From positions 11,398,722 through 11,462,721 of the forward strand of contig OZ037766.1 of assembly GCA_964035545.1 (NCBI GenBank): a stretch of 64,000 nt of DNA, given 5' to 3'. Each line of letters starts with the position of its first letter. Position 1 is the stretch's first letter. The notes below the pieces were generated by a model. That model was not told where the DNA came from, searched no databases, and was given only the letters and a program-made list of their open reading frames with translations. The stretch is from Bugula neritina. Lineage: Eukaryota > Animalia > Bryozoa. A program made the position numbers and the translations under genes. Shown here piece by piece: positions 51,701-64,000 of the stretch.

Positions 51701-54700
51701 CTTCTTTTTAATGTATGCTGAATCTTTTATTTTTGGGACAAGTTGCAATGTATCTAAGTTACCATTTATTTGTTTGAAATTTAGAATTGAGTATTTTTCA
51801 AAGAATGCAAGTGTACCCAGGCAGTAGTCAATTCATATGAATGTACAATTCCGCTAAAGTCAATAATTTACTGATTTATTATTTGTTGTAAATTTATGCA
51901 TTCTTTCTCTTAAATGCACAGCTTTGAGGTTTCATATTTTCGGACAAATTTTATTGCTTTATTTGGAAATTTGTTATGACAATTATTATTCATAGCTTCA
52001 ATGATTTTTCAACTTTTAATCTAATGCTGAAATTAATTTCTCTTCTGCTTTTAGTTCAGATCATTTCTCGGCCGCCAAACGCCTCAAACGCTCAGTTTCC
52101 GCACCAGCAAACACGCCAAAGTGGATCAGCCAAGACTGTGTGGCAAGGTGCTGTATTGTTTTACTATTATCATTAACTGCAATATTGCAGTGTGTCATTC
52201 AGTGCTCCCTATTCCAATTCTTTTAAATATGTTCTCTAGAGAGAGCACGGTTCCTATCTACTATGTAGAATTTAAATCTCACTTTTGTGAAGCTGTGTAA
52301 GTATTCTAATGTATGTTATACATGCTCCTACATCTACATCTACATGTAAGTTTATTATCTTTCTCCTTTTACAAGACTGCGACATAATACTGTATTTGCT
52401 TGCATGTGTAGGTACTCTAGAATATAATGAAAGAAGGAGTAACGCTGTAGGACAAAGTGACAGGATATTGTCGATCCCTGCCCAGTTCTCAGCTGATTCC
52501 CTAACAGATGGAGACTTGTAAGTCATAGGCTCTAGTATTAATGAGATGTACTGCAATAGACACACATTTAGCATCATGTAAATAGTGCTTGTTTGCCTAG
52601 AGAGGCTATCGCTTTCAGCTTAATGATTTGGTTATTGCTTTTACCGTTTTGTTTTCTTATTTTTAACCAATAGCCTATTTTCCTAAAGCTGCTAAGAATA
52701 AACATTAATCTGCCATCTGTCACTACTGTTTATCTGAGAGTTACTGCTCTCTTTAGCTGTAAACTTTAGTGTATTGTTTTGTACAGAACGTTCTCGGAAT
52801 TTCTTTCAACTGCACTATTTACATTTGCATGAACAGCATTTCTGAAAGTTGGATTTATTTTCACCTCTAGTCTGTGTCTACAGGGTTGCAAGTGGCGCTC
52901 TATTCAAGTGGCCTCAGAAGTTGCCAGTCTTTACTTTACCAGAGAAGATTATAACTCAGTCAATGGAATGTCGCAGAATGTTGAGTAAAGAGAGTAGACG
53001 ACTAGGGGTGCTGGCTGATATGAGTCCCAACTCTACATTCAGAACGTTCATCAGCATGATGGTAGAAAAAGGAACTGTGAGTAGAAATTCTTTTATATTC
53101 TCTTACTCATGCTCACACTGCACCTGTTATACTCATGCTCACACCTGTCATACTTGTACTCATATAGCACCTGCCATACTCATATAGCACCTGCCATACT
53201 CATATAGCACCTGTTATACTCATGCTCACACCTGTTATACTCATGCTCACGCCTGTCCTACTCATGCTCACATCTGTCCTACTCATGCTCACCCTATTAT
53301 ACTCATGCTCACATGGTAACTGTCATGCTCACAACCAGATCTTCAGTTTTCACAAAAGTTTAAAAGTTTTTTAATCTCAGCTGTTCAGTCAATGATATAA
53401 TGTGGTGTGATATGATATAATGTGGTGTGATCTGGTATATTATATAATGTAGTGTGATATGGTATATGATACAATGTGGTGTGATATGGTATATGGTATA
53501 ATGTGGTGTGATATGGTATATTATATAATGTGGTGTGATATGGTATATGATACAATGTGGTGTTATCTGGTATATGATATAATGTGGTGTGATATGATAT
53601 ATGATATAATGTGGTGTGATATGATATATGATATAATGGGGTGTGATATGATATATGATATAATGGGGTGTGATATGGTATATTATATAATGTGGTGTGA
53701 TATGGTATATGATATAATGTGGTGTGATCTGGTATATGGTATAATGTGGTGTGATCTAGTATATGGTATAATGTGGTGTGAAATGATGTGGTATGATTTT
53801 GCACCAATGCATTTGCTTTTAGTTTGTATTTTCTTTATTTGGAAAAATGACAGTTTCTAGTAAAATCATTTACCATTTGCATTATTTTTCAGGCTGGTAT
53901 AATCAACATGAGTGCTTCTAATTACAACACATATGAATACAGTATCCTAGTGCTTCTGGTTATCAAAAATCCCAGCAGCAACATTGGACCTACTTTTAAA
54001 GCCGTGTTGCCGCGCAATCAAAATGCCTTTTATGAAGAACTTAGAAAAAATATTCAACTGTTTAAAGATAAGGTATGTCAAATTTTCACACTTTTTTAAG
54101 AATACACAATATTTTATTATCTAGTGCTTTTGACCAATTGTAAATGGTTATAGCAGGGTTAAGAAGTGGCCCTGGTGTTAGAGCTTCCTGTAGCCACCAA
54201 CTTACAAGTGTCATAATCACTAGCATTTCCCTGTACTGAATCCACTGCACTGTAAAAGGCCATTGCAAGCATTTCAGCATTAATTGCGTCTATACCACCA
54301 TGGTGAAGCCTAACTAACTTGAATGATATAAATAGAGCTGTATTATCTTAGCTGTGGGTGAAAGAAATGACCTTATGCTGAAAAAAATAGTTTTCATGTA
54401 CTTCATTGATTATCCAACAGTCGGCTAACTGAGACATAAATTAATGGTCAAAATCATCTCATCTCTAATCTACTTTACTCTAATTACTAATAGAGTAAGT
54501 CACTGTTTATTGCCCTTGATATTTGAAAGACACAGAATTGACTGTTCATGAAAACACCAAAAAGTTTCCAAACTTTTCAGCTTCATGTTTCTTATTTCCA
54601 GTTGACTGCGGGAGCATTTTTATTGCTCACAAAAACAACTTGTAATAGTAACTTATGCTGTCCTGGTACATTGTTTTTATTTAAAATTATATCTATTATT

Positions 54701-57700
54701 TACATTATATTTTATCTATTATTTATAATATATTTATATTCGTTTTTTTATATTTTCCCCTCTTGTAGCTGCCATGTAATACTGTTATAGACCAAGTCAA
54801 TTCAACGAGGGCAAAACCCTAGGGGGTCAGCTCCTGCCCCTATTGGAGTGGTTGGCGGTAATCAGCAAATGGTGGCTGGAGGACAAAATGCTGCCAACCC
54901 TTCCTTACAAGGTCAACCCATGCAAGTTCAAATGGCAGGGAATCAGCAAATAGCTGGACCAATGAGTCAACAGCAACCAGGAGTGCAACAACTCCGAATA
55001 ACAAGACCTACTGCCCCAAGAACTATGAATCCAAATATGGTATAACCACAAGTTTTATTAATGCTGAAAGCTCACATCTGTTTCTATTAGTTACTATTCT
55101 TATGGTAGCCTAATTTTAAGGTATCTAGGCCTATGGAATTCTTTACTTCATGCTAGATAACTGCCTCTACTTGCTGTACCATGGCCCTACTTGTTTTACT
55201 ACTGTGGCATGAGTTTGTCTTGTGGAGAAATGGCACAATCACAATAATTTTCATATTAATTGGTATAAGTTTTTCATAATATAAAATGGGTTTTATCCCC
55301 CTCCTTTTGTCGACACTATGTTAAAAAACGTACTGAGCTAAGTTTTAGGGCAAAAAAAACGACATCATAAGAAATAGTTGTAGCCCATGCAAGGCGGTTA
55401 AATAATTAAAGGTGCTGGTTTTAGTGTGACTCGGCTGTATATTATACACACTAAACAAGTTTTAAACTAACAAGCCAGTGCGAAGAGCTGTGGTACCCCA
55501 CCAGTTAACTACTCACTGTCATCAATTATTGCAATGGTTGTGAGTTTCCAACAGTTGAGTCTTCAGTGCCAGTCAATATCTTGTGAGTTAGCTGATAAGC
55601 TACTCTGTGGTCTGGTAGTTCTTAGATATCATTTCATATGTGGATACATTTATTGTAGCCACCAGCCATGCCCGGAACTAACCAAGCCCAACAGTCACTT
55701 TCAGGTACCTCTAATATGCAACCATAGGTCTAATTCTCTCCTGAAACTATTAGTATGGAGATACTTGATAAGTGTGAGCTGTGGTTTATTGTTAGTTATG
55801 AGTAGTTTGAAAGTGGGAGGTTTGTGTAATTTGTTGAACTGGTATTTTCCTGGTATACCAACGGTTTTGAATATTTGAAGAAGTTTTTGTAAGCTAGTAA
55901 TGTTCAAAAATTGTCAATAGACCCTTGTTTAATGTTCCTGATATTCAATTTATAATTGAGAGTTGTGCCCCCTTAGCAGGTACACACCTTCATTAAGCTT
56001 CTATTACCCAGAGTGGTGGCAGCCAGCACACGGAATGGAAGTTATATCCTAGCTGCCACTGTTGCACTTATCATTAAACAAATGACTATGGAAATGCTTT
56101 CAAGTTCATTTTTTCAACATTTGCTATGAAGAGCTACTATTAGATAATATTTTTAAATACTAATATGTGTGCTACTACCAAAATATTTATTTTCTAAAAG
56201 AACAAATATATAGCATAGTTTGATTTCTATGTGACCATCAAACTTAAAATTTTAAATGAGACTGCTATATATAATACGTTTAAATTATCTACCTGCTAAG
56301 AGGGCACAACTCTTAATCATAAATTGAGTGACATTAGGAAAGGTTATATTAAAGTTGTTGCATTTTCATTAAGCTGCAATATGCATGTTATATACTAATC
56401 ATGTTACACTTAGCTTTGTTTCCTAGGTGTGTTTAGTAATCAAGTGTCTAACGTCCATCAGCAAGGAAACATGATGCAACAAAACTCTTTACCTCCACAA
56501 GGTCAACAAATGGTGACCATAAATACCCAGCAGCAGAATGTGGGACAGATGGGCATTCAACAGCGACCTATGCAACATCAACAGCAGCAAATGGTGATGA
56601 GGGTAAGACAAGTTGCTGGGTGACACACAGGGTGGTCTGTGTTTGTTGTCTTATCTCCTATAAGTACAGAGGTCTGTTTATACCTCCACTGAAAAAAGTT
56701 TCAGTCAATTTCACTCTGCTCTTTTAGCTTCACTGAAACTCTGAAATATCACTTTTCAACAGCAATAAATGACTCAATTAATCGCTACTTAAGGCCCTAT
56801 AAAAATAGGTGCCTAAAATTGATATTGAGATAATTCAAGCCCTTTGAGTTATTTAATGTCAAAAATTTTTTAAACTGATAACTAAAGGATTAAACATTCT
56901 CATTCACTGTGTACTGAAAGAGTTGTTTTTTAATGCAAGATAATTTGGTGAAATATTCCACTTGGCTAAGTTGGAGGTAGGTGCAGTAATGGAGAAATTG
57001 ATAAAAGCTTCTGTTCTAGATTAGAAATGTAGCAAAAGAAGTTATGTTCTTGCAAGAATTTCAACCCGCTCCCCAAACCAAAATTTATTAAGAAATTTAA
57101 AGACTAGGCTATCTCAATTTCTCCCATCTCTGCTCCTAAATGCTAAGTTGAATTGTTGGCTGAAAGTATGTGGAGGTATAAACACACCTTGCAGTGTGTG
57201 TCTGGCCTAAAGTAGATGTCATTCACGCTGAGATCGATCTGAGATCGGTACATGGAAAGCTGGTGATTTTGTGTCTTCTCAGAACAAGGTCGTGACCTGG
57301 TAGAGTAAGGTTGTGACCTTGTCTCAGTGGCTTTCTGACTCAGACTCCAGTGAACTGCAGTTGAAGTTTGAAGGCTGCCTTTAGTGGTAATTTACAACTG
57401 CTGTTAGGTGCAAATGCTTACTTACCTTTGGCAGGTTTTGGTTTGGTGTTTGGGTTGGAAATCTAATCAATTTATTTTCACAGACAACTCCTCATATTAA
57501 AAAGTTTCAATAAAACTATAATCCTGCACTTACTTTTTTGTCTGAGTGAAGTTTTCAGCAAAGCAATAAAGTTTACTAAACGTCTGAAGTTATAATATCA
57601 AATTTTTCCAGTTTAGAAACTCTAAGTAACCAAATAAAGCAAGCAATGCCAGGAAACTTTTGCTGTTGAATGTCGTAAGGTGCAAACATCATATTTTATA

Positions 57701-59129
57701 AAAAAAAATTGTGTGTTTTTAGATGGATTTCAACTAGGTAAGAGGTTTTGACTGTTTTAAATTATTTAGTTTATTATTCTGAAGTATGTGATATTCTATT
57801 TTTACTCTATACATGTGGCATTCATCTTCTATCTTTGAGTTGTTTTATTTAATGCAATGGAATCTAAACAAAAAGGGCATATGCAAAATTTCTATAAATT
57901 TGTTATGTAAGTGTGCTTTCATGTGGTATTTGTGATACCAACTGGACATACTAGACTGCAATTCGATGACCCGAATCTTTCCGGTTAATTTGTTTTTTTT
58001 TACATTTACTCAAAGTTAAACATTGAAATACTTTCAAACTCTATTATATACTTAGCTGAAAATTCAATCTACTTGACTGTAAGTTAGTGGTGGAGTCATT
58101 ACTAGAAACACTATCATCATTAGCATTTTTATTATTCAATAAAACCACTCACCACTATCTGTCAGTCACTAAAATTTCATTATCATTTTATTCATTGCCA
58201 TTATCTCTTCTCTTCATAATCACAGCTTCATTATAGTTGCTTTCAACATTTTAATCTTTTAAGCAACTTTTTAAATTAGTTTCACATTAAAAAGTTCATC
58301 ATTTGACTGTGGTTGCTATTTCCCAGTCTCCACTCCATCAACCCATATTTAATTTTTGACAGATGAAAGAATTGCAGTTGACCCACAAACATAAAGTCAT
58401 AATCTAGTATCAACATAAAGTCATAAGCTAGTATCAACATAAAGTCATAATCTAGAAAATATTTGTGACTATAACAAATATGGCTAGCATTTAAATTTTC
58501 TGCGTAACATTGCCTCATATAGTGTTGACCTGTTCTCCAAAGTAGGATGAATCATATACTCAGAGTCTTATAGTGGCAGCTAAGAGCCTGTAAATGCTAC
58601 AAAAAATTGCTCTTCTGTCTAACTTTGTGTCGGATTTCTGTAGTTTTTGTTAATATCTTTACTTGTTGACTGTTCATGTTGAGTTGCATGCGTGTTTGAA
58701 GTGCTAGTCTCTCATTTGTTCTATCTATGTTGAGTATATTCTCTATGTTCATGCTGTAATGCATCACCATTTCTGTATATATTCTCTGCTATGATGTGTC
58801 TGAACTGGTTTTTGGTCAATAGACTAGTTTATTCAAGGAACTTTTCAAAGATTTCCTATAAAATAACTGAATTTTGTTGCTATAGTTACTGTTTGGTAAA
58901 ATTGGTAGTTGTCTTTCCCTTTTAGCCCCAAGTAGTTTCGCAGCATATGGTACAACAGCGAATGAATCCCCAACACCAGCAGTCCATGATGATGCAACAA
59001 CAGCAGCAGGCAAATAACCAGCAAATGATGATGGGGTCTGGAAATCAGCCGGCAGCTAACAACATGGTGGGGCAGCAAAATCAAGCACTAGGGGCTAGTT
59101 CGCTGGATGATCTTCAATCTCTGTTGTAA
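45718..59129 (+). CDS. MED25: Mediator complex subunit 25 (VWA domain, Q/M-rich linker, ACID/PTOV domain, Q-rich tail); ~18 coding exons
   Basis: Exon 1 ADIVFLVEATSNLEPAFSEIKYSYLTPILNYFN; SHVTEALAMGLQVLDE; EKHIILVCNSVPY; RGVHFSVISPRR..LFQLFK (MED25 VWA). KTVWQGTLEYNER and KWPQKL (ACID-like). Approximate exons 45718-45885, 46359-46482, 46684-46786, 47292-47412, 48024-48171, ~48794-48862, ~49049-49145, 49446-49566, 50318-50793, 50996-51098, 51393-51638, 52054-52147, 52412-52517, 52873-53076, 53893-54072, 54791-55039, ~56414-56602, 58926-59129. A few internal junctions are uncertain. Confidence 0.88.
49577..49850. repeat. Compound minisatellite: 12-bp (TACCTGTACATA)n interspersed with (C/T)AGTCAGTGTATAC units in a MED25 intron
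   Basis: Visible tandem and higher-order units. Confidence 0.92.
53104..53332. repeat. ~20-21-bp minisatellite (CACCTGTTATACTCATGCTCA)n in a MED25 intron
   Basis: Visible degenerate tandem units. Confidence 0.85.
53392..53797. repeat. 24-bp minisatellite (ATATAATGTGGTGTGATATGGTAT-like)n, ~16 copies, in a MED25 intron
   Basis: Visible tandem units; these explain the spurious HTTLYHIP / MWCDMVY ORFs. Confidence 0.95.
58388..58455. repeat. 24-bp tandem repeat (AACATAAAGTCATAATCTAGTATC) x~3
   Basis: Visible. Confidence 0.85.
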
Positions 59130-59314
59130 GTAATAAGAGCTTGGTGCTCAAATGATGGGTCTACTAATTTATTTTATGTTGAGAACAGAACAGAGATAGG
59201 TGAGAATAGGTGAGGATAAAGAGGGTTAGAGTTGAGTGATTAAGCTAATAGGGTATTTTCTCAGGATTATTATTACTAAATTACTAAATAATCCTGGCTG
59301 AAGTATTTTATTAT

Positions 59315-62300
59315 TCAACAAGTAGAATTCAGACCTATCAAATCTATGAATGCTTCTGGTAAAAACTCACTCAGCTCCCTCCACCCACAACTCAAGGAAT
59401 TTTTAGCAAACAAAATACTTCCAAAAGTGCTAAAAATAAGATTGCTAACCAACTGTAAAAAGTGGTTGAATTTTAGTTGGTTTGCTGATTTACAAACCAC
59501 AAATGAATTGCTATCATTTTCACCTACGTATGACAGAGAGAATAGCATGCTAATGTTGAGTCCTTACAGTACCAACTTCTCTCCCATTGGCTTCTGCCAT
59601 TTATTTCTAGGGCACCATTGGGAGAATAAAACAGTTATGTATATTTCAATTATTTTTATTCTTCTTTCTAGCAGTGGTTGAAAATGGCAAAATATCATAA
59701 TATATGGAGGTATCATTTCTTGAGCTCATGGATTACACTGATTATGACGGTCAGTATTAGTGGACCGCTCTTAGTATTCACATTATGTAATATTTATCTG
59801 TATGTGACAACAATTTATTATATAGTTTGTTCTTATCCTGCATGTATGTAATACTATTATATACTTCGATATTCGTGGAAACCTTGCAATTTTCCACTTT
59901 GGTTTGTCATAAACCAACCTGAGATTATGGTATTTGTTTCACATTTATTTTGTTTACTGTATATAGTTTATTTAAAAAAATAATTTTTTTTTTATTTCTT
60001 TAGAATATTATAAACTTTTTATTATCATGATTTTTTAGCAAAATAATTATATTATTTCAATAAATAATTCGTGTAATGATTTATAGTTGTGGAATTATGT
60101 AAGATCTGATTGTACTTTACAATAAAAGCTGTACCAAAAGTAAACTGGCTAATGGCACTTTCATTAGAGTGCAGGCAGACCTTGAAAATGAGTTCTTGTG
60201 GTTCCAGTTCTGCTGCTAATAAGTGCTGTTTATAATTGTTTCCGCTGAACATTTCCAACAAACCTGCTTTTCACATTTATTCCAAGTTCAACATTCCAGA
60301 CTATATTATATATTATATACATGTGCACAACCTTTGGTATATTTTGTGATAAGAAACTATTTCTGCTTATATAAACTTGTTATCCTGTAATGGCAAAAAC
60401 TCCCTAACATAAAAGTGACAAATTTTATTGAATATAGGATCATTTGTTGGCAACTCAGCTAATCTATGCTAGTTGTAAACTTACAGTTGGATGTAGGAAT
60501 AGATAATTAAAAATTCTGAAACTACCAAAGTTTAAGAAGTAAGCATTACTAATATAACTGAACCTGCATATATATTGTGTTAAAAAGGTTTCAATATCAA
60601 TCAAGTACCTGTAAAACAAAATCATGTCACAGTTTATAAATATACTGATTTCTCTGTTCAGAGTACAACTTGCAAATGTGGCCTAATTCGTTTATTTTGT
60701 GTTAAAATTGATGGCAGCTGATGCCCCTAATCAATATTTATATTTATTAGTTGTCTTACCTATTTCAGTTTTAATGGTGTCATGCTGGCAGATCTAAGGG
60801 TCTTTAAAGATAAATACTTAGTTAACAGAAATATTTCTTAATTTTCAAAGTTACAAGAGAAGAAAAAGTACAAGGAATTGTGGTTTTACCTATGTTGTGT
60901 GTCCTAGTTAATACTTGTACCTATGATAAAACAACTCCAATTGTATCTCAACCCGAATAGTGATTGATTAAATTTTCTAAACAAATAGATGAATGTTTTT
61001 TAGCTATAATGTATGCAATCTTCCACAGCTGTCTGTTAAGAGTTATTCATTCATATCTGCTGTTAATTGGCTATCTGCAGAAAACATCAACCATTAACTA
61101 GTAATAGTAAAATATAGATCGCTTTTATGGCCAGTCATTGTATTTTAAAGTATGGAATTAAAATAGTGAATGTCATCAATGGCTAACTATGTATGCTCTT
61201 TTTCTATGAAATCAAAAAGTATTCCAACACTATAAAGCAGTGTGAGCAATGCAGTATTATGTACTTGGATGATTTGCTCAAATATGTTGCTTATATTACA
61301 TAATACCATGAAAGCTTTACTTAATAACTTACAAAATATCAAGATTTTGTTAAAAAGTTGTCAAAATAAATATAATTTAAAAAAACAGCCAAATATACAA
61401 AAATATATTCATTGTATTTCAGCAAATGTAATTCCGCTTGTATACATTAACAAAATATATATAATAAATCCTAAAAAAATGAAACTAGTAATCTTAATAT
61501 ATATTGTATAGCTAGTTTTTAAAGCATTTATGCAGGTAAAAGGTATAAGCTTGAGTAAGATTATAAAAAAAAATTAAATTCATAGCATAATAGCTAATAT
61601 GTGTATTCATAAAAATAGAACGCAACTCAGTAGCTCAGTAATAAAGTAGTAGTAAGACTGATTCTGTTTACTAAGTTTTGATTTACAGAATATGTAAAAT
61701 GTAGCATACATGCTGTAGTGCTAGGACATCGTGTAATGCTACTATCATAGCCTCTAATATCAGATTGAATTACTCACCTGCCAACATCCAAAGGGTGAGA
61801 ATGCGCTGGCTGGGTATGAATAGATTTGCCGTTGCAGCTTTTGCATTTACAGCGTGCCTTAATTCATATTCTCAGATTAAAGTTCACAAAGTAAACACAA
61901 AAATGCAACTTCAATTTTACCAACTATTACACACCCGATTTTCTGTTCCTGTTTTGCAGCCAAAAGTTTTCTTTACGGCAACCAGTGTTTAGCCTGGCCG
62001 TTCCTTATAAACTATGATGAGAATTTTCTTTTCACGCTCCTTTTATTTGTTACATCAAAATTAAGCTGCCCAATTTTATAATTGCTATAGTAATTTTCTT
62101 AGTAGAATAAAAGAATCAATAATTGAGATGAAAATTGCTTTTCGTGCATTCTAAATCTTAACAGATGGTTAGACTGATTCAGATCAATAAGTAATAGTTA
62201 TTATAAGACATGAAATTGCAGCAGCTAATTGCTGGAACGGTTCAAATTTGTGTTATAATACTAGCATCTCTCAAATGGTTATATGGTTGTTATTATGCTT

Positions 62301-63500
62301 TTGAACTTCCAAATGCAGCTTCTATGGCAAGTTAGGAGCAGCAGCTTATTTTTTTGAGTTTGTCTTGTAGCTCTATAGGTTTGAGATGTACTTTGGGTTA
62401 TATTACTATTTGGTGCAGAAATTATGTAAATTTCGTTAGCTGAGGTTTTGGTTAGGTATTTAAGTTTGTACCAAGACCATTCAATTTTACAGTCAGACAA
62501 ATTGAAATTCTCAAGTTGCAAGTCATCAAGTTACTAAAAAAACTCTGTCTAGCATGCCCACCGTCAGTCACTTAATCTTGAAATCATCTCTAATACACAA
62601 TACTGTCACTTAGTAAAACATCTATGCCAAAACTTGTGGTCGTAATTGGTGAGCAAAAGCAATTTGCTAAAATGAAATTGATAGAGTAAAAGGATAGTTT
62701 ATTTATAAAGTTGTATCATCAGCAAATTTACTGCTTTGACTTAGTACTGACCCGTGAATTATTTGATTTACTTGCTGCAGCTGCACAAGTGATCAACTGA
62801 AAAATTGAAATTGAAAAGCAAGGTTCTACATTATCAATTAATAATATAACAAAGTTGGATACCCCTAGAATTGAGATATCTTTTGCAGAGCTGCCCAAAG
62901 TAACAAGATGGGTTGTGCTAGTCTCTTTGTACAAAATAGCAGGCCTTGGACCTAATAGTTGATGCAGGAACAAAGTGTACTCAAATAGAAATAATGGAAG
63001 TATTACTATTTGGACTCGAAAGTTTTATAGAACATTTTATCTGTACACAAAATTACCTTTTGATTTCAATAGCCCACTGCATGAGAAGTATACACACCAT
63101 AATCCAGTTTGGTGCTATGCACCTCTGATTATAGTATGTCTGCACTTGCAGTAAATTAATTATAGGCGATTTTTATAATATACCCACATATTCTACCATA
63201 TGTAACACAATGCCATATTTAAATTGCCAAGTCAAGAATAATATAAAAGGGCTTTCCATCAACAAATCAAAAAGCAACTGCTGCTTTATGGTATATTTTT
63301 ATCTCACAATATGAATATGCAGACTTTGGTAGCAAATGCTGTTATATTTATTAGGTATAACAATGTAATGTAAAATACTTATTTACCTCGAGTAATATAT
63401 CATGCAATAATCGCCCATCTGTAAGCTCATGAGTTGAGAATGTGGTTCAGAAAGCTAAGTTTATATCCTTAGACTCAAAACTCCATTTTATTACCTGTAA
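59315..63500 (-). other. Possible degenerate or unidentified minus-strand gene (pseudogene or fast-evolving gene)
   Basis: Several good minus-strand splice signals (e.g. CAG|GTGAGT at ~61778, TAG|GTAAGA at ~60759, GAG|GTAAAT at ~63386). Exon-like open segments 60263-60135 and 59523-59315 join in phase. I could not build a continuous ORF or find a recognisable domain. Confidence 0.3.
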
Positions 63501-63918
63501 AGTGGATGTTGCAAAATCAATGCAAGAAATCAATTCTAACAGATGTATGTGTTTTAGTGAAACTATCTACCTCCAATAAACTATCCTTCAAGTTGCTTTG
63601 CCTAACACCACCTCCCTAATGGTCTATGGAACCACATTATAAGTGCTCATAACTTTCTAGTGAAATCATTACTTTTTTATTGCAGACAGACTCATAAAGA
63701 CAGACTGACAAGGAATACTATTAATTAATTAGTTCTTTGTGATTGGTGGCAAGTGAGCATGTCCCCATGTGAGCTTTAAAGGCCGTAAGCATCCAGATTA
63801 TTTATTACATTTGAGCACAAGTTTGCATGCTTTTCAACTGTTTTATCAGCATTTCATCCAATTTCTTATACGAAAATACTACAAAAATGCAAGTAAAAGT
63901 GGTCACATTAGGTGTCTT

Positions 63919-63950
63919 AGACTTGCCCAGACTTGCCCGCGAGCTTGCCC
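63919..63950. promoter_or_regulatory. p53/p63/p73-family response element (three perfect RRRCWWGYYY half-sites)
   Basis: AGACTTGCCC-AGACTTGCCC-gc-GAGCTTGCCC; a fourth perfect half-site GAGCATGTCC lies at 63755-63764. Confidence 0.6.
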
Positions 63951-64000
63951 TCCGTGTCCTATTCTGACGTGGGGATGGCAAAATAGCCCTATTGTAGCGT

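Noticed and set aside
59315-59610. Assignment of the terminal minus-strand exon to a known meiotic/repair gene (faint SHOC1-like ELSEFLPE resemblance)
   Set aside because: The similarity is too short and no continuous ORF could be built; it needs a profile search

Overview
AT-rich, intron-rich eukaryotic (invertebrate animal) genomic DNA; the species cannot be determined from the sequence. I reconstructed by hand, exon by exon with consistent splice phases, seven multi-exon genes in strictly alternating orientation. They are casein kinase 1 delta/epsilon (+), cytochrome b561 D-type (-), a PDIA5 orthologue with five thioredoxin active-site domains (+), ERLEC1/XTP3-B (-), TMEM70 (+), a CD225/dispanin membrane protein with a GYAPSQS heptad repeat (-) and MED25 (+). 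A degenerate, unidentified minus-strand unit follows near the end, next to a cluster of perfect p53-family half-sites. The window also holds two 5'-truncated LINE fragments, a tRNA-derived SINE, hairpin MITE-like elements and many intronic mini/microsatellites. The most striking unexplained pattern is that all three head-to-head intergenic regions share the same layout: a degenerate 3/6-periodic tract, a unique core, then a second tract. In addition, every gene has a splice acceptor just upstream of its ATG. All coordinates were read by eye and no database searches were run.
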